Position numbers and translations under genes: made by a program. 64,000 bases of DNA, from the NCBI RefSeq assembly GCF_009914755.1, contig NC_060931.1; one strand, written 5' to 3'. The notes under the pieces are model-generated. The model searched no databases, had not been told where the DNA came from, and saw only the letters and a program-made list of their open reading frames with translations. Within the stretch, counting starts at the first letter, position 1. Every line of letters starts with the position of its first letter. Of this stretch, positions 26,201 to 37,420 are shown one piece after another. The DNA is from the human T2T-CHM13v2.0 reference genome, Homo sapiens.

Positions 26201-27513
26201 TCTAGAATTGGAGATCTAGGGTCTGGAATAGGGGCTTCATGGACTCTGACAGGTGCCCTATCCTGCTGTGGCTGGGCTGGTATCCTACATGCAAGACAAA
26301 GTTCTCCCCAGTCTTCCCTCTCCTCTCCTGAAGCAGAAGGAAGGCACCTTGTTTTGAAGCCATGAGCTATGCAGCCTGGGGTTAGGGGAGGGGTGATGCC
26401 AGCGCTTGCTTTGCTACCCCAGCTGGTGTCACAATATGTCACAAGTGCCACACCACCATCCCCAAGTCCACTGTCTCTGGGCCTAATTCAGCACTAGGAC
26501 TCATCCAAGAGTTGCAGTTCTTATGGCTTAGACTTCCTTTTATATTTACTTGGAGACGCAGTGCTGTAGCCTGTTGTGGTGAGGTTTTGGGGAACAGAAA
26601 TTCTGATCCCTGGGATTGGCGATTCCCCTCTGGCTAGGGCTGGTTTAAATGCGCCCTCCGTGGACAGGCAACAGCTGAGTTTGGTCTGGTTTTCCTTTCT
26701 GCTCTAACAGGACAGCACTGAGGTCAGTGCCTCACAATGGCCGTGTTCTCCCTATCTCAGTGCTCAGAGACTCTCTCTTCACCATTCTGCTGCTATGGTG
26801 GGTGGGGGAGTGTTGGCGTCCCTGATTTGGGACTGTTATTTTATCTCTTCTATGCTTCTTTCAGCAATATGAAGTTACAATCAGGTACTATGAGTCCTCA
26901 CCTGACTTTTGGGTCTTATGAAAGTGTTTTTTTTTCCTGTGTAGATAGTTATTAACTTGGTGTCCCTTAAGGGGGTAGCGGGGATAATCAGTAGAGCCTT
27001 CTATTCTGCTGTCTTTCTCCATCCCCAAGATAAATTGTAAAGATAAACAAAATCAGTGTCCTTCTCAATAGATTGAAAGTTGCATCCTTTAACTTTTGGG
27101 GGAAAATGCTCCATATAAAATATACTCCTGGCTGTGAAGTGAAAATGATATAGTACTCTAGAAGGAGTTTTCGTGTTTCCCATGAGAAAAAGACGGACTA
27201 CCCAAGAAAGATTAACTTTATTTTTCTTTATAAAGTAGACTAGTTTTTAAATAACAACTGGAGAATTATACAATTAGTCAAAGGAGTTAATCAAAGAGAA
27301 TGAACAAGTAGATGCCTTATTTGAATCCATCTTATTTCATGAAAATAACTGAGGAACATTTAAAAATTGTATACTCTTAGTAGAGGAAATGTCGTTCGTT
27401 TGTGTTTTACCTACTCATAACAAAGAGTCACATGCATTCTAGACACCACTGCAAACCCGTAAACTCTGAGAGTAATTTTACTAAAATTTATTGTCTTCCA
27501 TGAATCTCTGGAT

Positions 27514-27833
27514 CAGCACTGTCCAATAGAAATATAAAGGCAAGACACAAATATGAACTACATATGTGATTTAAAACTTTATAGTAGTCACATTGAAAAA
27601 GTGAAAATAAGCATATATTGTTAAAATTAATATATTTCTATAAACCAGTATGTGAAATTATTATTCTTATGTATTCAACATAAAATCACTAAGTCAATTT
27701 CCATTTATTATTCTTACTAACTTAGGAAATCTAGTGCATGTTTTACATTTACAGGACATGTAAGTTAGATCAACTCTATTTCATGTACTCAGTAGCCACA
27801 TGAGTCTAGTAGCTCCTGTGTCAAACAGCAGAG
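27514..27833. mobile_element. MER33-type hAT-Charlie DNA transposon, complete (320 bp)
   Basis: cagcactgtccaatagaaatataa...tagccacatgagtctagtagctcctgtgtcaaacagcagag; perfect 8-bp TSD ctctggat at 27506-27513 and 27834-27841. Confidence 0.88.
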
Positions 27834-29419
27834 CTCTGGATATTTTACTTATCCCAAATTTTCAACTGCTACCAAAAATAAATCACTGGAGTAAAATCTT
27901 ACAATTTAGGCCTTGCACAAACATATAAATATTAATCAACTGAAGCTTATAAATATAGAAAAATGAAAAATCTTGCTGAAGAAAACAATAGATGCCATTT
28001 TCAGTAAATATCAATAACCATTTTTTACTTTTATTTACAGTTTATATCATTTATCTTTGTCATGATGCCACTATGGCTCTACATTTAGAAAGATGATTTC
28101 TTTAGGGTGATATTTAAGTTTAAAACTAATGTTCCTGAAATACACTAGATATTCAAAATTGCCACAATAAAAATTACTGTAAGCTTAAAAAAGTTCAGAA
28201 CCATGTTTAAGAGAAATAGGTTTTGTAATAAATAGAGAAAATAATAGAATATAGATTACACAGTTATAGGGTCATCTTTTTAATTAGGAAACCTTAGCAG
28301 TTGTAGATAATAGTTGGCAAATGAAAGTGAATTATCTAAGGTGTACTTAGAGTGACCCATAAATCTGTGCATTAAAGCTGTTGGGTTGATTAATTTGTTT
28401 GCTACATCCCTACATGCTGTTTATTGACTTGTTGACTTGCTGCATACTACAGGATTTCTGAGAACTTTTTGTTTCTATTTTACATTTCTACTCTTTTTAT
28501 GATTCTAAATATTCTTTAGTATTGATACCAAGCTTGATAGAATTGTCTATAGATAACAGGTGGGGTAGAGATGCCCAGCATTTCTGTGTACATGTAGAGT
28601 ACATTATGAAGTTATCTTCTTCAAAATTGTGTGACCTAGTCGCTCAGTGCTTTAAATAGTATAGGTTAGGGGTTTAGTACAATTAAATAATAATTTAGTA
28701 TAAATGTCAATAAATGTCAGTACTTGACTGTGAGGCAAATCTTATATATACATATATAAAATTTTCTATATACGTATGTAAAATTTTCTGTAAATAATTA
28801 GACCTATGAAATATATAGTATATGACCAAGAAAGATGTATCCATGGAGATACATGAAGCTAAGCATTATAATGTTCTAATTCTCTTAGTCAAAGACCATT
28901 ATTTCTATGTGACAAAAAACAACTGATTAAATCAATTTTATGCCCTTCATGCAAAACTAAATAATGGAAACAACCTTCCAGATGTGGTGCTACTTGCCCT
29001 TTCAAATCTGATTATCCAAGACTTTTCTTAGTCATACAAGATACAGTACTTATTTTTATCAGCCAGTATCATTTTACTCATAAGTTTTAAATTGTGATTT
29101 TTAAAGCATCATTTAACCTAATAAAAGAGACAGGAGACACTACATCTTCAATGATTGAGACTAACAGTTATATACAAATTTAAACATCAGGTATGACTCA
29201 AAGTGCTTCAAATGCTATGCTTTAAAGACATTTTTCAGGACATTTTTGTTACTTTCCACATCATTTACTTTGAGGATCTCTATAATTGCATAGTTATTTC
29301 TAAAACTATTAAATTCAAATACACTTTTTGTTTATCTCTTTCTGCCGCTTTACCCTCAAGTCTTGACATTGCCTTGATCCTAACAATGGGATCCTTCTCA
29401 TTTCCTGTATGCATCTGAC

Positions 29420-29765
29420 ACTTTCTTCCTCTGTGCCTTTGCCCTTGGCCTTGGCAGAGCTTTACCTGCCCTTTTAACCTGGCTGACTCTCAGTTAATCT
29501 TCAAGGGTTTGTTCAGTGTCAATACTGCAAGATGCCCTCCCATGTCCCCCATTTGAGTTAGACACACCACTTCCACTACTGCTCCTAAGGTAAGGTTGCC
29601 TAGTAGTAGGAATATGCTTCCTCCTGCATCAGGCTGTGAGCTCCTTACATGAGCTGTGGCTTAGCTGTATAAGCATTCCCAGCACTGAGGCCACATTACA
29701 TTCAGTATTTGTTGGAGAAATCAGTGAATGGTTTGGTGGCTGGTGGATGTTGAATGAATGAAAGA
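29420..29765 (+). mobile_element. L2 3' region
   Basis: acctggctgactctcagttaatcttcaag...aggctgtgagctcctt...cagtatttgttgg...gaatgaatgaa tail. Confidence 0.65.
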
Positions 29766-31102
29766 AAGCATGTATGGCTGATCATCTTTGTGTATAAGAA
29801 ATATCAATATTCAATGAAGTGGCAAGAAGAAGCATTTAATTTGATTTTGTTTACATAATGAAAAAAGAACATATATTTTAAAAATGAGATTAATCAGGAT
29901 TATTCTCTTATTTATTTTTCTTGTTGTTGTTTTTCCTGTCATACCACAGCACTTGGATGAACCTGAGCTCATGTTTAGCTATTAGGGTGATTTTTGTATG
30001 TTTTAGGGTAACATATTTAGATTTACTGTCATTGATCATAATTGTTATAGAAAAAAACACATCCCTTTATTAAGAAGGCTCTTTTGGCTGGAGAAAAGTG
30101 CTTATATAAAGTGCATGTTTTTACCCAATCCAAAGCCAAAGCCAGGGAAGCTGCTTTAGTCTTTTAACATCGTTAGTTTTCTCACAGGGCCATTGTTTCC
30201 TTAATAGTTGAAGAAACATTCCAAGAAACACTAAAACTGTCTCTGTAATCATTGCACTGAGTGATACTCTGAGCTGCACATTTGTCTTAAAATAACTAAT
30301 GATCTTGAACTTCTTCCAGGCATCTTACACTTTGGAATATTTATTTTTATTCAGAAAAACAACATAAACACATGTCTCCTTTCTTAAAGAAAAGCTGTCT
30401 TAGTTCACCTCATGCATGGACTTAATAAACTCCCCACAATAAAGTAATGTTGATTATTGCTTTGCACAGTTGTAGCAGCCTCATTAGTTTCACTACATAG
30501 CTTGAAATGGTTTCATGCCAAATTAAAAATATAGGTCATTCAAAGGACTAATGGTCCTAGTTCAGCAGGAAGTAATTTCAAGCTCACCCATATCCAGAAG
30601 TCTTTTATCTTACTCTATTGCAAACCATTGTTTGCAGTGGTTCTAAAATTATATGTAAGTTTCATGAAAGCATTTATAAGTGAATGGTTAGAGACACATG
30701 CCCTACATGTCTAGCAGATTATGAAATGTTTAAGGCGGTAATTTTCAGTGCCTGATATAGTACTCAGAAATTTGGTATTTTCCTTTAATTTTATGGAACA
30801 ATTTTTACAATTTTATGTTTCAAAAATGCATTTTACTGAATGCTAATTCTATTTTCACTGAATATGTGCTATTTGAGAAGGAACAAACAATCAAGTAAAT
30901 ATGAAAAACTATGAATAAAACTTTTTGTATGGATTTTAATACTGCAGGACTTCTCAAACTCTGATATATGCATTCACATATGTCACCAATGTATCAGTGA
31001 CAATGAAAATATTTCACACTTCTCATTATACAGTTTACTTGGATTCCCAGCAGTGTATAATATTGTTGGCTGCTTATGTTATTTTTCAAAAATCAAGTTA
31101 TT

Positions 31103-31949
31103 TATTTTAATATATTTTCATTTCCATAGGTTTTTGGGGGAACAAATGGTGTTTGATTACACGAGTCAGTTCTTTAGTGGTGATCTGAGAGATTTTTTTG
31201 TGCCCTTCAATAAGCAGTATAAACAGTACCTAATTTGTAGTCTTTTATCCCTCACCACCCTCCCACCCTTTCCCCTAAGTCCCCAAATTCCATTTTATCA
31301 TTCTTATGAATTTACATCCTTATAGCTTAGCTCCCACTTATGAGTGAGTACATGTGATGTTGTGTCAGGATACAAAATAAATATACACAAATCAGTAGTT
31401 CTGCTACACAGCAACAGAAATCAAGCTGAGAATCAATTCAAGAACTCAAACCCTTTTACGATAGCAGCCAAAAAAAAAAAAAAAACTTAGGGATATACCT
31501 AACCAAGTAGGTGAAAGACGTCTACAAGGAGAACTACAAAACACTGCTAAAAGAAATCATAGATGACACAAACAAATGGAAGTACATCCCATGCTCATGG
31601 ATGGGTATAACAATATTGTGAAAATGACCATACTGCCAAAAGCAATCTACAAATTTGATACAATTTCCATCAAAATACCACCATCATTCTTCACAGAACT
31701 AGAAAAGACAATTGTAAAATTAATACGGAACGAAAAAATAGCCCACATAGCCAAAGCAAGACTAAGCAAAAAGAAGAAATATGAGGCATCACATTACCTG
31801 ACTTCAAACTATACTATAAGGCCATGGTCATCAAAACAGCATGGTACTGGTATAAGAATAGGCAAATAGACCAATGGAACAGAATAGAGAACCCAGAAAT
31901 AAACCCAAATACAGACAACTGATGTTCGACTAAGCAAACAAAAATACTT
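31103..31949 (-). mobile_element. L1PB1-type insertion with 5' inversion (3' UTR on minus 31103-31362; ORF2 piece on plus 31363-31949)
   Basis: L1PB 3' UTR (ttctttagtggtgatctgagagat) joined to plus-strand ORF2 (ORF 31576: [32 protein letters not shown]); TSD tcaagttatt at 31093-31102 and 31950-31959. Confidence 0.88.
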
Positions 31950-33203
31950 TCAAGTTATTCCCTTATCTGTACAGAAATAGACATTTTGTTCTTATAGATC
32001 AATATTTTCTTCTTTGGATATAACAATTTATTGAATCTATCCTATATTGATAGATGTTTAAGTTTTTTCCCAGTGCGTTATTACTATAAAAGTGCAGCCA
32101 CCTTGTTCATAAATCACTCCACATGTGTTAGTATACATTAGGGATAATTTTACCAAAGTAGAATTTCTGAATATAAAATTATTGCATTCATAATTCTGAT
32201 AGATATTACCAAATTGTCAACCATACGGAATTATATCAAACATTAGTAAAAAAGTGCTTATTTCTACACAGTCTGGCAAAGAGAATTTAACAAATGTTAA
32301 GTAATACCTTTTCCAGGGTTGTTCTCTACTTTGTGCCCCTCTTTCTCATGATGTGTTTTTCTTCTAATGTGTTTATGGTTGCTGATGTTAACATTAGATT
32401 TAGGATTTTTTCACTGAAGGCTTTAAGTGAAGCTTCTTTGTAATTTTATTTTGTTATATAATTTTAGACACATGTTAATATCAATGTTATATTTGCTTCA
32501 TAAAATTGGACAATTAAATTATAAGTTAAGTTCTGACATTACTTAGAAAACATTAGAATAACCTGCCCCTTAATGATTTGATTTGGGTACTGGGAAAACA
32601 GTTGGAGATTGTGCTTTTCTGGGATGCAACTCTTGGAATAATTTCTATATTATCTATTTGGAAGTCAAGTGATTAGATTACATATCTTTCCTGGTGCAAA
32701 TTTTGGTAAATCATATTTTTCTGAGCATTATCCACTTCATGAAAGCTTAAAATATGTTAGCAAAGAACTGAGCAAATTTATTTTACTTTTTCTGTAGTTA
32801 TTTATTTCCTCAACATTTTAAGCATTTGTAGTCTTTTTTTTTTCAATAGTTATAACAGCTACTAATTTATCTGTTGTTTTTATAGGTTTGAAAGGTATAA
32901 TTTTTAGCAATCTTTATTAAATCTATTTTTAAATCTTTCTTACCTGTTGGTCTCTGCTTTTATTATATTAATTTGCTCCTTCTTTTATTTAGGATACTTT
33001 GTCTCCTGGTAACTTTGTGAGATGAATGCTTTAACTATTTATTGACTGAATATTTGTCATTAGCATAAGCATTTTAAACTACAAATTTTTCTGCAGGCAT
33101 TGTTTCACCTGCATTATATCAGTTCCAAACTGTAATAAAATAAATTTATTTTAATAGACAATAATATAATTTTATTTAGTGAAAAGCTTTATCATTATTT
33201 TCT

Positions 33204-33260
33204 CTTTTATTTTTATACTTTAAGTTCTAGGGTACATGTGCACAATGTGCAGGTTTGTTA
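33204..33260 (-). mobile_element. L1PA4/5-type extreme 3' tip (~57 bp)
   Basis: tttttatactttaagttctagggtacatgtgcacaatgtgcaggtttgtta. Confidence 0.9.
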
Positions 33261-33865
33261 AAAAAAAAAAAATAGAATAAATAATTCAGTTTAAAGAGTG
33301 AAGTAGTTTGGTAGCCAGACCTAAGTATATTATTTGACATATCAATCTCGAAATTCTAGATGTTTCATCAACTAATATGTTGTCAGTTGGCAAGAATATT
33401 GAGATAGTGGTTGTTTTCACAATAATTTTTTTTCTGAAATGAATAATGGTTCTATTTATTTCAGAATAAGTGACTTTCAGATATTTTTTCAGATATCTTT
33501 CTTTCAGATATAAAGTGACTATATGTATCAGAAGTGAAATTTGTTCTTTTGAAATTAATCAAGAACCAAGTATAATTCATAAAGCTGTCAGCTTTGAGGG
33601 AGTACCACAGCTGACGAAACTCTCCAGGAGGTCCTACCAGTTCTGCCACTTCGTGGTGGATCAGTGATGCATTGTGTCTGATCTGTGGTTAATCAGGGTG
33701 CTGAATTCAGGCTATTTAAGACCCTGGAACAGGCCTCCTGTGTTCTTGGAGAGGCCTTGATTGTGTTCTTGGAGAAAAGCTGTTACTTCCAGCAAGAACT
33801 TATTCTCTTTTTGAGGAACATTTTCTAGCTTTACTATTAGACCTTTATTGGTTAGAGTGCCTGAC

Positions 33866-34310
33866 TATGGTGGTTTTAAAGCATGGCCGTAGGTTATTTG
33901 ATATTCTTCTATTGAAAGGTGGTGTATATGTCCCTTCCACTTAAATCTGGGTGAGCTGTGACTGTGTTGACAAATAGAGATTAGTGGAAGTGATGGTATG
34001 TAATTTCCAAGACTAGGTCATAAAAGGTCATGCAGCTTCTCCTATGGGGCTGCAACACCTGCTCTTGGAGTTTTAGCCTACCACCTAATACATCCAGATT
34101 CACCCAGGGTCCATGCTTGAATAAGCCCAAATCACGTGGAGAGACTACACAAATCACTTTTGTTAAAGTCCCAGCTGCACCCCAGCCTTCAAGTCATCCC
34201 TGCCTAGGCACCAGACATGTGCATGAAGAAGCCTCTGGATGATTCTAGCTTTGAGCTGTTTGTGTATTCTTTGCTATTCAGACATTTTCAGCTGAGACTA
34301 CAAGCATATG
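33866..34310 (+). mobile_element. MLT1G/H-type MaLR LTR
   Basis: tatggtggttttaaagcatggcc...gtggaagtgatggtatgtaatttccaagactaggtcataaaaggtcatgcagcttc. Confidence 0.75.
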
Positions 34311-34354
34311 GAGAAAAAACAAAACAAAATGATTCAATATATCCAATATATCCA

Positions 34355-34549
34355 ACATGAATGGTGTCCTTATAAGAAGAGACACCAGTGGTGCAAGTGT
34401 ACAGAGGGATGGCCATGTGAAGAGGCAGCAAGAGGGCAGCCATCTGCAAGCCAAGGAGAGAGGCCTCAGAGGAATCCGCTCTGCCACTGCCTTGTTACTG
34501 GACTTTTAGCTTCCAGAACTGTGAGAAAATAAATTTCTGTTGTTTAAGC
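34355..34549 (+). mobile_element. MLT1A/B-type MaLR LTR fragment ending at its poly(A) site
   Basis: ggtgtccttataagaagag...gccatctgcaagccaaggagagaggcctcag...ccagaactgtgagaaaataaatttctgttgtttaagc. Confidence 0.8.
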
Positions 34550-34726
34550 AAACAAATAAACAAAAAACTATCTGAAAAAAATAAAAAAGTTATCATTATT
34601 TTCTAGATAACCTAAAAGTTTTACTTGTATTTTATTTGTCTCAGGAGATTTTAAAAATAGTTTTTGAGTTTCCAGGGGAGAGGATCCTTTTGCTTTCTGA
34701 TATTATTGCTAATTATATATTGATAT

Positions 34727-35499
34727 TGATACAGGCAGGGAAGTGCTGGTTAGAGAAAGGTGGGGCCCTTGGCCAGGGTTTTGTCCTCAGGCCTGTGCCC
34801 ACGGACCTAGGTGAGGATAGGCACTCCTGTTTTCATGCCCGAATGTTGCATTTTCCAAGACCACCCTGGCCCAACACATCCCCCATTCTGTGGTGCCTAT
34901 AAAAACCCTGAGACCCTAGCAGGCCGACACACAAATGGCTGGACGTCGAGAGGAACACAGTGGCAGAGGAACACACCAACAGACTCTGGCAGGCCATCGA
35001 TGGCAGAATGACACAGATGACGTGGAATTTGGCTGGAGCCCGTCAGAGGAGAGTCTCCAGGGCAAGATCACCTTCCTACTCCATCCCCCTGCTGGCTCCC
35101 CATCCATCTGCTGAGAGCTACCTCCACTCAGTAAAACCTTGCATTCATTCTTCAAGCCCATGTGTGATCTGTTTCTCTGGTACACCAACGCAAGAACCTA
35201 GAATACAGAAAGCCTTCTGTCCTTGTGATAAGGCAGAGGGTCTAAGTCTAACTGAGCTAATTAACACAAGCTGCTGTTGGAAAGCTAAGCTAAAAGGGAG
35301 CATTGTAACACATGCCCACTGGGGGTTCAGGAGCTGTAAACACTCAACCCTACATGCTGCCATGGGGTCAGTGCCCACACTCCCCACCATCTGCCCGTCA
35401 TCATGTTCCCCAGTGGTTTGAGCATTGGGACACCAAAGAAGTGAGCCACACCCCCATCTCACACCCTGAAAAGGCAATAAGGGAACTTCTCCCATTTCA
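34727..35499 (+). mobile_element. LTR1-family (ERV1) solo LTR
   Basis: TGATACAGG...cctgtgcccacggacctaggtgagga...cctataaaaacc (TATA)...agtaaa (poly(A)-like)...gggaacttctcccatttCA; 4-bp TSD atat at 34723-34726 and 35500-35503. Confidence 0.88.
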
Positions 35500-36253
35500 A
35501 TATGTTCAGATGAGAAGATGCAGATTGTACCTGCAATTTTTTCTACATTATTGAATTACCTTTGTGCTTAATATACATTCTGTGTTCTGTGAAGTCATTT
35601 GCATTTTCTTTACCTATGTTGAATGTTATATGTGTATATAAATACACATAGACATATTTTTATTTATATATTTATATACATACACTTATACATACATATA
35701 TGACCTAGTTTAAATAATGTATTATGGTATTTATTTCTTCTACATCAGTAGCTTTTTCTTATTTATCTTATTTTATCTAAGACTCTTGTAGCATTAGGTG
35801 AGTAAAGATCTCCGACTGCTAGCACTTTAAATCCCCTTCTCTTTGTATCTTCTTTAAGTACTGTTTTATGAATGTGCTTCTATGTGTTTGGTGCATACAT
35901 ATTAATAATAATTAAATTTACTTTTGAATGATACTCTTTAGCATTGTAAATTGTTCTTTCTTACTTTTTTAATGTTTTTTTTGACTGAAATTTACTTTCT
36001 TTGATTCTATGATCATGTTCTTTCTACCTGCCTTCCTTTCTTTCTTGCTATACATCTGTCCATCCTCTTATATTTAACTTCTGAATTTATCCGTTTTTTT
36101 TTTTTTTTGCATGTGGTATAGAGTGGGAGTTTGCTTGGTAATTCACTCTGAAATATTATGTTAATGGAGTGAATGACAGGTTTTTTCCTTTGTTTTGAAT
36201 TATGTATTTTAAATAAGACTCCTAATGTATAATCTGTTTCCCTTTTCTCTCTC

Positions 36254-36270
36254 TGTGTGTTTATGCGTGT

Positions 36271-36309
<39 letters not shown>
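36254..36309. repeat. (TG)n microsatellite
   Basis: Pure gt run 36276-36309 with imperfect upstream extension. Confidence 0.95.
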
Positions 36310-36314
<5 letters not shown>

Positions 36315-36559
36315 GAGAGAGATTATGTTTCTTCTGATACTGCAAACGGTTACCATGTTTTGTTCTAAGTGAATTCTTTTATAATCATGTTTATACTAAT
36401 ACCTTAGTCCTCTATTAATTTAGAAAATATTTAATAGATACCATTTATGTGTACTAATTAATGTAACATTATCCTGGCAAATGTCAATTGCTACTTACAA
36501 AAAAGGCTAAATTCTAATTTTAATGCAACCAAGCCAGATTTCTTATTTGAGTTTTCTAA

Positions 36560-37420
36560 CATGTATATATTTTTGGAAGTTCCAAATGAACTTAAATTCA
36601 ATATATCAAAAACTAACTTCATAATCTTCTGTCCTTCTTGCATTTTTCCGGTTCTCTTATTTCAACACTCTTCACCATTTCTACCTACGTTTGGAAGGCT
36701 TAGACCTTAGAGCTTGCCACTTTCTTCCCCCAATCTCCATTGTTAATTCATTATTTGAGTATCTCACAAAGGCATCTCCGCTACTCAATTTCTACCATTA
36801 TTACTCTGAGACAATCAAAAACTATTATTAGTATAACCTTTGTAGAAATATTCAAACTGATTTATTCACAAAAGCCCTGGTTTCATTCCAATATTTCCTT
36901 AGCACCTAATGTATTAATATTTTTGAAGCACAAATATTCAATTTTGAAATCTCCTGAATGACTTCCTTTCTTAGCTAAAGACACATTTTAAAATTGGCCT
37001 GTAAGGCTTTACACAGGCTGATCTTACATACTTCTATTTGGCAGGTTTCCTTCACTTAAGGAATAAATTTTTTAAAAAGTTTTGTATACAGTGCTATCTT
37101 CTCTACTGTTAAAAGACATTTATGTATTTTTTATTGCCTTTCTGTCTCCTTAAAGGTAAATCCTACACATTTATCAGATCTCATTTCAGTTGTCACTTTC
37201 TGAAGGAAGACTTCGTAGACTTCCCAGGTTAGATCAAACCATCTTATTCAAATCCTTATATTATCAAGTTCCTTTAATTGTATGCCATATTATAGTTGCT
37301 ATTTTTGGCATGAATAATTACCATATTAATGCCTGTCTTCTTGACAATACATGTTTTCTGACTCCTTCTAGTCCTATGTAAACGTACTTAGAATGAAGAA
37401 ATGTGACAATTCTCAAATGA
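36560..37420 (+). mobile_element. Degraded L2 fragments
   Basis: aacttaaattcaatatatcaaaaactaacttcataatcttc; tggcctgtaaggctttacacaggctg; cagatctcatttcagttgtcactttctgaaggaagac. Confidence 0.55.

Larger units (their letters stand above)
19420..27026 (-). mobile_element. Near full-length L1MA1/L1MA2-type LINE-1 (~7.6 kb, decayed)
   Basis: 3' UTR gatacaggcatgcaatgtgaaataagcacatcatggagaatggggta, then ORF2 remnants, inter-ORF spacer, ORF1 region and a GC-richer 5' UTR ending ...gagccttctattctgctgtctttctccatcccc. Confidence 0.92.
33204..34588 (+). mobile_element. TSD-flanked composite retro-insertion (inverted L1PA tip + A13 + unique DNA + MLT1 fragments + A-rich tail); probable L1 3' transduction
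   Basis: Identical 15-mer ttatcattattttct at 33189-33203 and 34590-34604; see findings. Confidence 0.75.
31960..36240 (-). mobile_element. Old L1M(E)-type fragments hosting later insertions (about 31960-33200, 34605-34726, 35500-36240)
   Basis: Decayed reverse L1 motifs (aaactacaaatttttctgcaggcattg; gttcagatgagaagatg; tttggtgcatacatatta) continue across the insertions. Confidence 0.6.

Noticed and set aside
34811-35554. Cluster of overlapping ORFs up to 153 aa
   Set aside because: They lie in the GC-richer LTR1 solo LTR, where stop codons are rarer; no recognisable protein motif.
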